Positions 1-11,557 of a stretch of DNA of 44,896 bases are shown one piece after another (position 1 is the stretch's first letter; each line of letters begins with the position of its first letter). The DNA is from Vermamoeba vermiformis. Its lineage: Eukaryota. The notes beneath the pieces were generated by a model, which worked only from the letters and a program-made list of their open reading frames with translations, was not told where the DNA came from and made no database searches. The DNA lies in the NCBI GenBank assembly GCA_045837725.1, contig JBEWZL010000215.1, positions 248,001 to 292,896 of the forward strand, given 5' to 3'. Made by a program: the position numbers and the translations under genes.

Positions 1-155
1 GGAAGCAAAGTCAACTTGGGCTATTAGAGTCAGTTATTACAGATTGACGCAGCACTTGATCCGTCACGGAATCTTTGCAAATAATTCGAATTTTTTCCCT
101 GTGACATTGAAACAAGGATATCAAGAGGTTCTGAACCGTTCTTTGGAATGAAGAA

Positions 156-647
156 ATGTACGATAAGGCAGATCTAGAACGATATTTCGGGTTGGCAATT
201 TCTCGTGGATCTGATTGGTTTAATTGGGCCAAGATATTTATTCAAGCAGGAGCTACAGGTTATCAAGAGATCATGTATGCTCTTAAAGAAGATGACGCTG
301 ATTTATTGGAAAAGTTATTGAAACTCGGCGTGAAACCTCACGAAGAGGCCATTCATGCAGCTGCGTCAAAACAAATATTGAAATTATTGCTAGATTACGG
401 CGCAACGGACAATTTCCAAGAAACTTACGTGCCAGCTCAGTCAGACCATCAGCACTTCATGATGAACACTTGGTTCGTGCCTAAACAAAGCACGAAGTTC
501 ATGTCGTTGATAGAAAGAGGTCAATATGCAATGGCAGAAATGTTGTTATTATCAGGCAAAGCTAAAGGCGTTGAAAAAGGTTTGGAGATCGCGCAACAAA
601 AAAATGCAAAATTTGCCCAAGTTATTCTCGACTACTTACAACAATAG
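156..647 (+). CDS. Small ankyrin-repeat-like protein (5' end uncertain)
   Basis: Ankyrin-like helices: 'ALKEDDADLLEKLLKLGV', 'AIHAAASKQILKLLLDYGA', 'LIERGQYAMAEMLLLSG'. Confidence 0.55.
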   Translation: MYDKADLERYFGLAISRGSDWFNWAKIFIQAGATGYQEIMYALKEDDADLLEKLLKLGVKPHEEAIHAAASKQILKLLLDYGATDNFQETYVPAQSDHQHFMMNTWFVPKQSTKFMSLIERGQYAMAEMLLLSGKAKGVEKGLEIAQQKNAKFAQVILDYLQQ

Positions 648-750
648 ATTTGTCGTTGATTCGTATTTTATTATGTATATAAATGTAGCATTAGTATTTA
701 CAAATTCTTCGTTCCGATTTTATTTTGACGCGTGTCAAAGAAAGTCAACT

Positions 751-1671
751 TTAACGACGCTTTTTGTTATTATCTTGTGCGGCTTGAGGTACTAGCTTAT
801 GGAAGAAAAATTGCAGTATCATAAAGGGTATTAGTAGTATAGAAAAGATAACTCGTAAGAACTTCTCTTCAAACGCTGCCGTGTCAAATTTCAAAGGCGC
901 ATCTACCCACGCGTACTTCGTGCTCAATTGTGACGGGGCTATGATATCATCGTCGAAACTAGTTTCATCGTCGTGATCTTTCTTAAGTTCCTTAATCATA
1001 TCTACGACTTCTTGTTTGTGTCTTCTCATAGTTGGTGAGATCTCGCTGACAAGATCCAGAATTTTCTTCAGATCTGAAGCAACTTCAACCTTGCTCTCGG
1101 AGACGATAGGATTCTGTTCTAATATTGGCGTTTCTTCTACTACAGTCGTTGAGGCGGTGATTGGGGCGTTTGGAGAGGCTGGCACTTCTGTTTCAGGAAT
1201 AGATTCGTGTTCGCTAGGATGCAGACTTTCAATGATTTCTCCAATAGGACTGCCGTAGCCTATTTCTTCATATGGTTCTTCTTTAAATTGAACTTTTGAC
1301 GGCGTTTGGTTCAAAGTCTCGTCACTAGCGGATCTTTTTGTTGTTTTAGATCTGTTCGGTCTGAGTCCATCAGCGATCTTCCTCAAAGCCTCCTACATTG
1401 TGCGAGTTATTACAATATTTAAATAATAAATGACATCTTTTTGGTAAAGTCGAGAATTTACGGTCTGAAAACCAGATGCGCTTACCTTAACATTGGTGTA
1501 TGCCTTGCTCTTCTTGCTTGACTTGCCTGAGGGATACGGATAAGGATCAATATCAAGATGCTGCTTAGGCTCGTCTCTAGTCTTTTTACTGCCATGAGAC
1601 ATTGGATGATTATAACCGAATCTATTTACGTGAGGTGATCCGCGAAGAATAATTTGTTGAGGCGTTGTCAT
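751..1671 (-). CDS. Uncharacterised, largely low-complexity protein (2+ exons)
   Basis: ORF 1393-1671 has a GTAAGC donor near 1486 that joins in frame (NVK|EALRKI) through a TAG acceptor near 1393 to ORF 751-1386. The 3' end may contain a further intron. Confidence 0.5.
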
Positions 1672-1956
1672 AACTTCTTAAGTACCCTGATGTGCTATTC
1701 GTTTAATAATTAGAATCAAGGAATGCTTATTGGAATCAGTGGAAGCAATCAATAAATACGATTGAATTTTCTCAGAATTTTTGTTGATTTTTGTACGTGC
1801 TAGCGAGATTGATACATAGACTTCTTGTATTGAACGAACGCTTATTGTTACTATACTACTTTATTGTTTGGAGATTTCAAATTTCAAGCTTGCTAACGCA
1901 TCCGGTGTCTACGTTAAGCATCCGGTTAACTTAACCACGCCAAATAAGTTCCTGCT

Positions 1957-4077
1957 TCAGTAGTATATCCAATAATGTTTTGACCTAGTTTTGCTCGGAT
2001 ATTCGCTCATAAATCTTCGCACGTACGGAACTGAATTTTTCAAATCCTCGTCGAACTCCAAATAAATATTGTTCTTGCATTTTTGGACTAGCATTTCTGC
2101 GTATTGATAAAACATTGGTGGTTCATCGACGAATTCAAGGATTAATCGCAAGATCTCGAATGGCAATGTTTTGATCAGGCACTCTTCGTCTCCATACCGC
2201 CACGCCAATAATAATAACAGCTTTTTTGGCGGAAAAATATTTTTGCAATGAGTTTTGAACTCGCTGAACAGAAAATTAGCCAAGGGACTGTAAATCGATG
2301 GATGGATCGCGTTCAAGATCCACTCGAACTCTAGTTTCGTCCTTGGTGGATCAGCTCTTAATAATTGCCTTATTAAACCGATTGAATTCGTTGTAGCGCC
2401 TTTTTCGAAAAAACTAACGATTAATTTTCGCGTCTCTGGATCTTCCAACATTTCCAATCTATTCCATTCGTGTAAAGTTCTGCAAAGATCGTATGATTGT
2501 CAATTACTTTACTTTACCAAATAAGCAAATTTAAGGCGATTACTTACGATTGCAGTGATGCGCCGTGCTCGCAAAGATATTTAACAATTTCTTCACGAAA
2601 TTCTTTCGCCTTTTGAAAATATTCTGTGACCGGATTTGGTTGATATCGACTTTTTTCCGCATGAAATTCCATCGCTATATAATATCGTTAGCTAACTACG
2701 CAATAATACTTTCATTTACAATGTTGTTCTTGGATCTGCTGGACTTTTTCGAAATCGTTGTTGATCAAGGCCTTATAAAACTCGTAAATATACAAGTCTT
2801 TGGGCGGTTCTATTGGTTTTATAATAAATCTTGAGAATTCCATTTGCGGAGAAAAATTTTCATTTTTCCAAATCAAGCTTTTAGATCCATGTTTGTTACG
2901 ACTAAAGCGTTCAACTATAATCGTTGACCCTTTGAATGTCAATATGCAATTGCTACGTTCTTTTATACGAAAATATTAGAAACGTTGAAAAGTGTTTTGC
3001 AGAAGACAAAAAACTTCGTACCTTCCATATCCCTTGAGAAATTCCCGGGATGCATTTGTCCGTACAATAAACTCTCTGCTTCCTCAAATGTCAATCTCCT
3101 CGGTACTACGTGAATAATAAAATTAATAAAAATAAGCTACAGCTTTAGTTAGAGTACGAACTGAGATAAAATTGTAACCAGGCCGTTGATATCTTTGGCT
3201 TGCTGCTAAAAGGTCTATTCCATTTGCTTCGTATTCTTTCGGCAATTCTTGCATTGAAATTCAATTTTACGCCTTTCTCGATCGCTTCTCTGACGGGATC
3301 CACATCCGCTTGATCCATGATATCAAAATACGTCAAAAACTTCTCGAATAACACTAAAGTCGCATTCTGGTTGTTATTTTCATCAGCTGTTTTCAAAGCT
3401 CGTTCGATTTGACGTGGTGAAAATCCGGGAAAAGGAATTTTGTATCGCAGATCCCTCGCTAAGTACTCTGCGCGTGATATGTGAAGCTTTTTCTCGTTGA
3501 AAAAGTCGATGTAGTCTTCTAGTATAATAGGAAATTGCTTTGTAATGGTAACCAAGTAAGAGTTTAACAATTCAACGGCTTCTCGTCGTGGAACATACGC
3601 AGCCACCAGATTCATGACTAAAAACAATATTTAATTATTGCTTATTCTACAATATAGTACAATACTTACATTCAAACAACTCATCTTTTTTGTTCTCGAG
3701 GATATAGTAGCGGATCCTTCCGTTCATAAAATCAAATCTTGGTTTATCTTTTTGTAAAAATTATTAGAATATTCTCCAAAAATTACGTTATACTTACGAG
3801 GAGCATATCTTGAACTGGCAAGTAGCAGAGCGTCGTTAAAATAATTTTTAGCAGATTTTGAGACCTGAGAAAACCGACATAAAGCTAGAAAAAGGCGCGT
3901 AGCTTCATCTTCACTACTAAAAGTGTCTATAGAGGTTAAAATCAATCTGCACGCATTAGTCTCGTGTCGGCGGCGTTCCCTTTTGGATCTGTGTTCCATT
4001 ATCGCAATTAGTCTTTTAAAAGAACCGAAACAAAAGGCAACGCTACTGAACCAGCGTCAAGTACGTATCATTGTCAT
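1957..4077 (-). CDS. Multi-exon uncharacterised protein with an F-box-like motif near the C-terminus
   Basis: ORFs 3724-3999, 3145-3627, 2712-2942 and 1957-2457 are separated by GTAAGT/GTACGA...YAG introns. The last exon has 'IKTLPFEILRLILEFV'. Start codon is tentative. Confidence 0.5.
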
Positions 4078-4441
4078 ATTATCGTTGTTAATGGCAGAAA
4101 CAGGAGCGTGCTGATTCACATCCGCAGCCGAAAGATCCAGTGCTGTCACGGGAAATCGAATCTTCCTAAGCAATTTGGGTCGATGATGCGATATGGGTAT
4201 GAGGTCAGACCAATCATGTCATAGAACAGCTGAAAACTCGGGTAATAAATTCAAAAAGGAAAAATAAATCTTCGCGTGGCTTGAAAATTCATTTGAGTGC
4301 AAAAGTACACCCACGATTACGCTGTTCATTACCCAATGTTTGTTATAAAAGGAAAAAAGACAAAGCGCGTGGCTGGTACAGCATAAAAGTCTGATTTTTG
4401 ATATTTATTTCATTCGTTCATTGTCGATCGATTAAAAAGCC

Positions 4442-5906
4442 ATGAATATCGCAATAATAGGCACCGGAAATTACGCTCAGGCATTAGGTAAACGTTTGCA
4501 GCAAGCAAAAATTACTGCCTGTTATGGTAAGTTAGAACTATTTATACCATTTCAGATCTGACCCGATTGCATAATTAGGTAGCCCTCGATTTTCAGAAAG
4601 TAGGTCGATTATGCTTAATGGATCTCCTGTTCGCTCAATAGAAGAAGTCGTTCGGGCTGCAACGATCGTTTTTCTTGCCATCCCAATGTCAGCGCACAGA
4701 TCCGTCGTTGGTAAAATATCATCAACTGCACGAGAAGGGACAATACTAGTAGACGTTAGCAACAGACCTCTAGCAGCTAGTAAGGCCCTCGCCCGACAAA
4801 AGAAGGAACAAGTGGCAGATCAGACCCGACACATCCAACAACTAGAAGAAGGACTACTCGTGCAAGAATCCAATTCGCATAACTCTAACTGCAGTGGATC
4901 GTGTCCTCATGGGATATGCTTTAGAGAAGCAGGCCTCGAATCACAAGCGGAGTGGTTGCAAGAGATGCTGCCTCAAATGCACGTCGTCAAAGCGTTCAAC
5001 ACTGTCTCGGCCTATTCACTGAACGCTTCGTTCGGTGAAAACGTCAATGACAGAGTTCACGTTTGCAGTGACCACGAACAAGCTCGCAAGACAGTTATTG
5101 ACCTCGTACAACGCATGGGCATGGTTGCAATGAACGCGGGACCTCTAACCAACGCCAGTCACCTCGAAGAAATTCCTGGAAAGTTGTTTCCGGCTTGGAA
5201 ACCACCTGTCATCATCAACACGGTGTTATTTATCTTAGCGTACACTTACGTTGCAGTTCGCGATGTGATTCTGAGTCCTTCAACGCCCTGGGAGAGAATT
5301 GCGCTCGTAAAGTTCAACATCGTCATGGCTTGGCACGCGACATTGCTGTTCACTGCCACAATAATTCCAGGAATTTTAGCTGCAATTGTTCAGTTGTGCC
5401 GAAACACCGCTAAAAGCTCGTTTCCGAACTGGTTAGCGGAATTTCTCAACGCCAGAAAAGGTCTTGGAATTCTCGGACTTTACTCCGCACTGATGCACGC
5501 TGTTGCTTCGTGCATGGTGAACAGCCTATTCGTCGACAACGATTATATTGACTCGATTGCTGGCTTTGCCTATCAACTCTCGGTCATCATGGCAATCCTA
5601 ACCACAGCTCTGTACATCACTCTTGGAATATCTTCGTTGCCTGGCGTGAGTGCGACACTCTCATGGCGTGAATGGCAATTCGTTCAATCAAAGCTGGGCT
5701 TACTCGCATTCACTGGCGCGTTCCTTCACATCAGCTCAATGTCGTATGCTGTCGGAGATTTGCTGTCGTTCAACGACTGGCCGTACTACTTGCCACCTGT
5801 CTCCGTATTGGCTTGCGTGCCTGTTGCATTGTGTCTCTTGCTCCGATTCATCTTCGGAGTTCCTCCGCTTGGCAGCCGTTTGGATAGGATTCGTGGACTT
5901 GCTTAA
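4442..5906 (+). CDS. STEAP2/3/4-like metalloreductase (F420/NADP oxidoreductase-like domain plus 6-TM ferric reductase domain)
   Basis: Exon 1 encodes the Rossmann motif 'MNIAIIGTGNYAQALGKRL'. Intron 4527-4578 (GTAAGT..TAG) joins in frame. Family motifs 'LVDVSN', 'VVKAFNTVSAY', 'LSWREWQFVQSKLG'; candidate heme His in 'LMHAV' and 'FLHI'. Confidence 0.9.
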
Positions 5907-6167
5907 AGTGCTTCTACAATGTAAATAAATGTCAATTACGTGCGATTTACACAGTTAAAACACGAAAAGAAAGAAATAGTAGTAATTGTGACTTTTAGTG
6001 CTCTGCTCTGGATTCTCAAGTCCATTCAAGGTTTTTTACGAATCACAACTCAGCCACAATTGTGAATCACCTTACCGTTTCAATTTCAAGAAGAATCACA
6101 TGTAACCCGCTTCTGCGACACCAGTTTAAAATGTTTCGTTGCACTTAATTTTAAACAAATTTGTAAA

Positions 6168-7822
6168 ATGCAACACAAAAGCCGGATCGACCTTCTAGAA
6201 CAATGGTACTTCGGCAGTACTATTGCAGAAAAAAAAGTAAGCTTGTAAAAAGTATTTGATAGCGTTGCCGTTGATTTTGTCTTCATGAAAGAAGCATTTT
6301 GACAATTTTTTTTTAGCCGGATGTAGATTTTCTGTTGACACGCAAGCAATATCCAAAACAAATTAGATACCCAAATGCGCCTACTGGTCATTCGGAAAGC
6401 AGAGATATGGCGCCTATTGAGATTTTGCTCAAGCACTGCGCGGATCAAGACAGCAACTACTCAGAAAACTACCTTGCGTATGACGTAGCTACACGCAAAG
6501 CAGATCTTCGTTCAATTATTAGACGGCTGTTGCAAGCGTTATCAGGCGAAGATCTGGGAAAATTGTTGAACTCTAGTTTACTTGCCGGATCGACGGTGAA
6601 AGGTGCCCTCGCCAAATTGGATCTGCTACCAGAAGTACACTCGCATAATTAACAAATGATCCATTAGCTAATATTGTCCCTCTATAGGTCTTTCAAGAGT
6701 CCACAAAATTGTGGCAAGAAAATATCCCGTTTGATCTGGGCGCCATGTCAGTTCTCCCGCCTGAGATTCTTCACCCAATTTTCAAAACTTTGAATATAAA
6801 CGAAGCACGCAGAATCGCTCACGTGTCAAAGTCGTGGTTCAAAGAACTGACGTCACACGAAATTTGGCACGAAAAATCCAACTCGTCAAACCCTTACTTG
6901 GCGCTCTTGAAAAAAGAGTTCTATGCCAAGTATATGCCGCGCAAAAGAATTCATTTTGAAGACGTTGAGGTCGTCAATGGAGAAGGGTTGTTGGTCTACG
7001 AAGAAGGCTTTGAGCATTGCCTGCAACTGAACGGCCAGGTAGTGTCCAACGATCTAGCGAAATTTCATTTGACATTATGTCTAGCGGATTGCTTATGCAT
7101 GCGATGACAACCAAGGCTCCGTTGGACGATGCATGATTCGCTCAAAAGTCCTCACTCGCGAAGAGGTCAACAGCATTGTCGGGAGAATAGGTACGGTAGC
7201 ACGAACGTATATCATATATACTAGCAAAATATTATTCACGTACCATTCGCTTGCAGAGTCGTTCTTGAACGAAGGAGACTTGGATCTGAGTGTGCTGATT
7301 GAGACCATCAAGCCATTCATGCAGTGCTTGGCCAGCGGAACTTATCGCGTTCAAGTGCATCGGGTCGACGAAATTTCTATTGTAGAGTACAACTCGAATG
7401 ACATTCTTAACGAAATGATTCGTAAGTCCCAGCTTATCAATAGTCACTAATGAAAATTCTACCGTGCAGATACTTACCCACTCGACTTGACGATCTATTG
7501 CACGCAGCCTGTTGACAATTTGGATCAAGAACGTGTAACTTACTACGAGGACTTAATTAGACAAGGCAAACGGCCAGCAGTGTTGCTGCTTAACTGCAAT
7601 TGGTGCGATTCGTTTTTGATCGACGGTCATCACAAGGTACATTTCACCTTTCCTATCATCCAAACTCATCTAACGCGTTGCTTGTAACTTCAGCTCAAAG
7701 CCTACGCGAATCTGGGTCTGACAAGAGAGGCCATATTGATCGACATTGTACCCTTCTCCATGCCCGTTGCACGACACGAAGAAAACAACGAGCTCAATCA
7801 GTCAACCGACGGATTGCTCTAA
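6168..7822 (+). CDS. F-box protein with a C-terminal ParB/Srx-like 'DGHH' domain (multi-exon)
   Basis: ORF 6335-6652 splices (LPE|VFQ) to the F-box 'LPPEILHPIFKTLNINEARRIAHVSKSW'. Later exons give 'RPAVLLLNCNWCDSFLIDGHHK|LKAYANLG', stop at 7820-7822. Start uncertain (6168 or 6407). Confidence 0.65.
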
Positions 7823-7922
7823 CTATAACGAATGAGTACTTGTTTTTCATTTGATAATTTCAATTTTACGTTAATAAATACAACTTTTGTTCTTCTTTAC
7901 GTACGCAACTTTAGAGATATTT

Positions 7923-8307
7923 TTAGCTCTTGCGCAAGTACTTAGCGACCTCTTCCATCGTCTAAAGCAAGATAAGTATTAGCACTACGTTAATTTAGGT
8001 AAGTTTAAGCTTACAGGTCGATCAGCAGGATCCCTTTGCCAACACATTTCCATCACTGCTTGAAGCACTGGGTCGCAGCCATCAGGAATAACGGGATGGA
8101 ATGCTTCATCTCTAATCTTGACTCCAACGAACAATTGATCTTCTTCCGCGTGCGGTTCTTTGCCCGTAACGATCTCCCATACTAAGACACTAGTGTCAGA
8201 AATGTTTTTTTGACATGTGACAGGTGTCATAGTTTTTGCCTAAAATACCGTACGTCCATACGTCTGACTTGACGCTGTATGACTTGTCTCTCAAGCTCTC
8301 GGGGGCC
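7923..8307 (-). pseudogene. Orphan 3' fragment of a TKL/tyrosine-kinase-like protein kinase (subdomains VIII-XI only)
   Basis: Exons read 'APESLRDKSYSVKSDVWTYG', 'VWEIVTGKEPH...MEMCWQRDPADRP', 'TMEEVAKYLRKS*'. No upstream exons carrying GxGxxG/VAIK/HRD/DFG were found. Confidence 0.75.
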
Positions 8308-8337
8308 TAAAGACAATTGAATTAGTTAGAGTCCGTT

Positions 8338-8883
8338 TTATCGGTCTAGTTCGCCGTGACTCAGATGGAGATGGGTCAGACTTCGATTTTCAGTCAGTCC
8401 GGTTGCTAAAATTCCCACGATTACAATATTCACTACAAGGATATGTTATAGTAATTAAGTAATTCCCAAGGAAGAGGCGTACCATTTAAAGTAAGAGATT
8501 TAATGGATGTGGTCTCTTTCAAAAGCTGCTCTACTGCCTCGTAAATTTCCTTCTCAAAGTTTTCTATCGTCAAATCTTCTAATGTATTGGAAGTTTTTAG
8601 TGCGGTAATTAATGACGCTATTGATTGCGGTTCTGTAAAGAAACAGCGATTGAATTTTATAACCCGCAGTGAAGTATTTCCTCGTAAAGCTTCGACAAAA
8701 TATTCGTTTTTGCCTAGAAATACTAATTAATAATTATGTACATTATCATAAACTAAATTTGAAACCTTCTGAATACGGCCATACATCTAGATGAGTCATC
8801 GACGGCGCAATTTTAAAGCGGGTTCCTGCGAGATAAGCATTTTTGATATCTTGATCATTGTTAAGACAAGGAATATCTTCCAT
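8338..8883 (-). pseudogene. Truncated member of the LRR-SAM-U-box family (N-terminal exons only; copy F)
   Basis: Exon 1 'MEDIPCLNNDQDIKNAYLAGTRFKIAPSMTHLDVW' matches the family start. LRR-like exons follow ('ALRGNTSLRVIKF', 'LKETTSIKSLTLN', 'GLTENRSLTHLHL'), then TAA at 8338-8340. Confidence 0.7.
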
Positions 8884-9177
8884 TATCGTATTGTGTTGTT
8901 CAATTGACAAATTGAATTGAGTTTGAAAAACGAACTGATCTGCACCACAAGTAGTAAGTAGTAGTAATTACGACTAGCTTTACGCATTGATTAATTAATT
9001 AAGTCCAATTATTATGCTTGGAGATATAATTAGAGCGGTATTAAAGTTGTAAAACCAATTCTCCTCCAAATCACAATTGTAAATTTATCGTATTCTTACA
9101 CTCGGTAGTCTTCTCTTAGGTTTATATTTCCACGATTTATTGTACAAACAATGCAATTTGTAACAAACAAACGTAAT

Positions 9178-11322
9178 TCATTTTTTGTTGTTCGCGTCAA
9201 TGAACTCACGGATCATACTCTTCAACGTGTGCGAAGGAGTGAGTTGTTTGTTTGACAATTGAAGGCCAGTCATGGGAGAAGTATTGTTGTTCTTCAGCCA
9301 CAGTTCGATTGCTGTTCGTTCATAAGTGTGACCGTCACTCGCAAAGACAGGGTCGTTCATGATATCTTGCGTGATCGGGCAGATGAACGCTTCGGGAATC
9401 TTCGTTTTCTTCTCTTTAAGTGCAATTTTCAGCTCCTTGTTGAATCGTTTCATCTCCTCCAGTTGGTGTTCGAGTTGACTATTAGCCACGTTGTTATTAT
9501 TGTTGGCTAGGTTTTGATTAGGCAACATTCGGTCATCTAGTATTGATTCTTTTAGCCTTAAAATCTCTTTTTGAAGTTTGATGACATCGCTGAGTACTTT
9601 GATCTGAAGTTGACCGATCAGATCCACTTTCTCCAAGAACGCAAGATCTGCTCCTGTGATCTACAATAGCATCAAAATAGGCTCACGTTAGTACGTACTT
9701 GGGATTTAAATGTATTAGACGCACCTCGTTCTTCTTGAAGACGTCGACCAAGTGACCAAACTTGTTGTCTTCGAGCCACGTGCACACAGTGTCGTTGTTC
9801 CATTGCAGCACTCCTGGAGGTATCGTGTAGATGTCGTGGTGTGTTTCAATCAAATGGCGATACATGAGCAGTTGTTTGGCGTCCTTGAATGAAACCTCAA
9901 GATTGACAGTCAAGTCACTCGTGTCGAGCGCTTGAAGCACAGCGCCGTCAATGTTGTTGGCCTCAAACACGGAAGCGTATTTCTGCAGACCAACGTCTGT
10001 TAGTAAGAACAAGACATCGTTGTTGGTCCATTCGCTGATATCGGTTTGAAGCTTCTGTTGCCACTCCTTCAACGCTGGTTCGGTACGCTCGAACGACTCT
10101 TGGAACTTCTTCAAGTTGGCGCATAATGTCTCTTGTGCTTGTTTTTTGTCTTGTAAAGCTTTTGAGTCCGATTCAAGCTTTGATTCGGCAACGGCAATAT
10201 TTGATTCGATTTGGGCAAGTCTGCTTTGTAGTTCTTTCCTCTCCCTGGTCAGTACGTCCAATTGTTTGGTTGTTTCTTGTACAGCAACGTCCAACTTGAC
10301 ACTTTCTAGACACGTGTCATCAAGCAAATGCTTCAACGAATGAATCGCAAGCTTGTCTACGAAGGCCTTCGCACTTAAGTTCAGAACTTGCGGATAAACG
10401 TTATTTACAACTTTCTTATGGCAAACTTCTTTGATAACTTTCGCCAATTCTTCCCAATTGCTGTTTTTGATGTGCGACTCAATGTCGTGCAAATTCCGTT
10501 CAATTCCCGTCCTCTTGATCACTACTTTAAAATCACAAGGTTTTCGAGCTTTAAATTGTTACTAAGTGAAAAAAAATTTATCGAGCACTTACAATAGGCC
10601 GAAGGGTCGGTAGGTAGTTTTCTGCCGCTACTTAAAGCACTAAAGAGTTTTTGTGAGTCACATCTAGCGGCGAAAGGTACTTACATCACTGAATAGTCTT
10701 CAATTGTATCGTTGGCCTGCAGTGCAGTTAATATGCTATCGTAGTCTTTCCTAAGGACTGATGTTTCGCATTGATCATCGGGGAGTAGAAACGTTATTTG
10801 TTCTAAGCTTGAATTTGACGCCAATCCCTCTGAAATGATGTCAATGATTGCCGAATGGTCACCGAAGCCTATTAGGTTGTCGAAGTGAGCAAGTTGCCTG
10901 GTTAAACAACGTAAAAATGTTACCCCAAAGCTCGAGTTTTTTGATAACGCAATTTCGTTTTAGAAGTGTATTTAAGGCCATTAATATGTCTTTGCCGTAG
11001 CAATGAACATTTAATTCTTGCAGGGTGAGGGATCGCGTAAAAGCTGTCAAAATATCTGCGGCATCCGCTGCAATAGGAACGTTTATGGTTGCTTGAGTAA
11101 TTGAAGAATTTTTCCTGATAGCTTCTGCCACAAATTCACGGTTTGGCATTTTTTCTGAATTATTTTAATTTAGAAATTAAATAATTAACCTAGTTTCATC
11201 ATCTTACCTGATACTTCAGCCAGATCTACCCTAGTAACAGCTGGTGATATTAAAAATCGTGCTCCTGATTTAATAAATGATTGAATTTCCGCATCTGTCT
11301 TCAGAACCGGAATGATTTCCAT
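9178..11322 (-). CDS. LRR-like / coiled-coil / SAM-SAM / U-box E3 ubiquitin ligase, copy A
   Basis: Start 'MEIIPVLKTDAEIQSFIKSGARFLISPAV'; RI-like LRR exons; coiled coil; SAM 'WTNNDVLFLLTDVGLQKYASVFEANNIDGAVL'; SAM 'WNNDTVCTWLEDNKFGHLVDVFKKNE|ITGADL'; U-box 'IPEAFICPITQDIMNDPVFASDGHTYERTAIELWL..SPMTG'. Confidence 0.88.
9747..9835. repeat. Near-invariant direct repeat in the SAM1-SAM2 linker/SAM2 start (also ~12105, ~15585, ~17928, ~21013)
   Basis: accaagtgaccaaacttgttgtcttcgagccacgtgcacacNgtgtcgttgttccattgcagcactccNggagg is shared almost base-for-base by copies A, B, D and E; copy C differs slightly. Confidence 0.95.
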
Positions 11323-11557
11323 TGGTGTGCTTCACTTGCTGAATCCTTCCAAATAAACTTTCTCTCAATAAATAAATATTCTATCTAACGAGGTAATCCG
11401 AGCTCTGCTTTAAGAATACGAAATTCAATTTCCGCCACAGATGCGAATTGGCAAGCGGGTTCACAATTATAACTCCGAAGCTTTCACGTTAGTACTCTTC
11501 GTATCCAGTGGTTACAGGTTTATTGTAGAACAAAACTATTTGTTCGGAAACCTTTAA

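Noticed and set aside
156-4100. Endogenous giant-virus segment (ankyrin and orphan ORFs)
   Set aside because: No viral hallmark genes are present, and most ORFs link through canonical introns into host-style genes.
9259-9510. Recurrent plus-strand ORFs (also 11652, 17522, 20555) as a second gene family
   Set aside because: They are antisense shadows of the conserved U-box exon.
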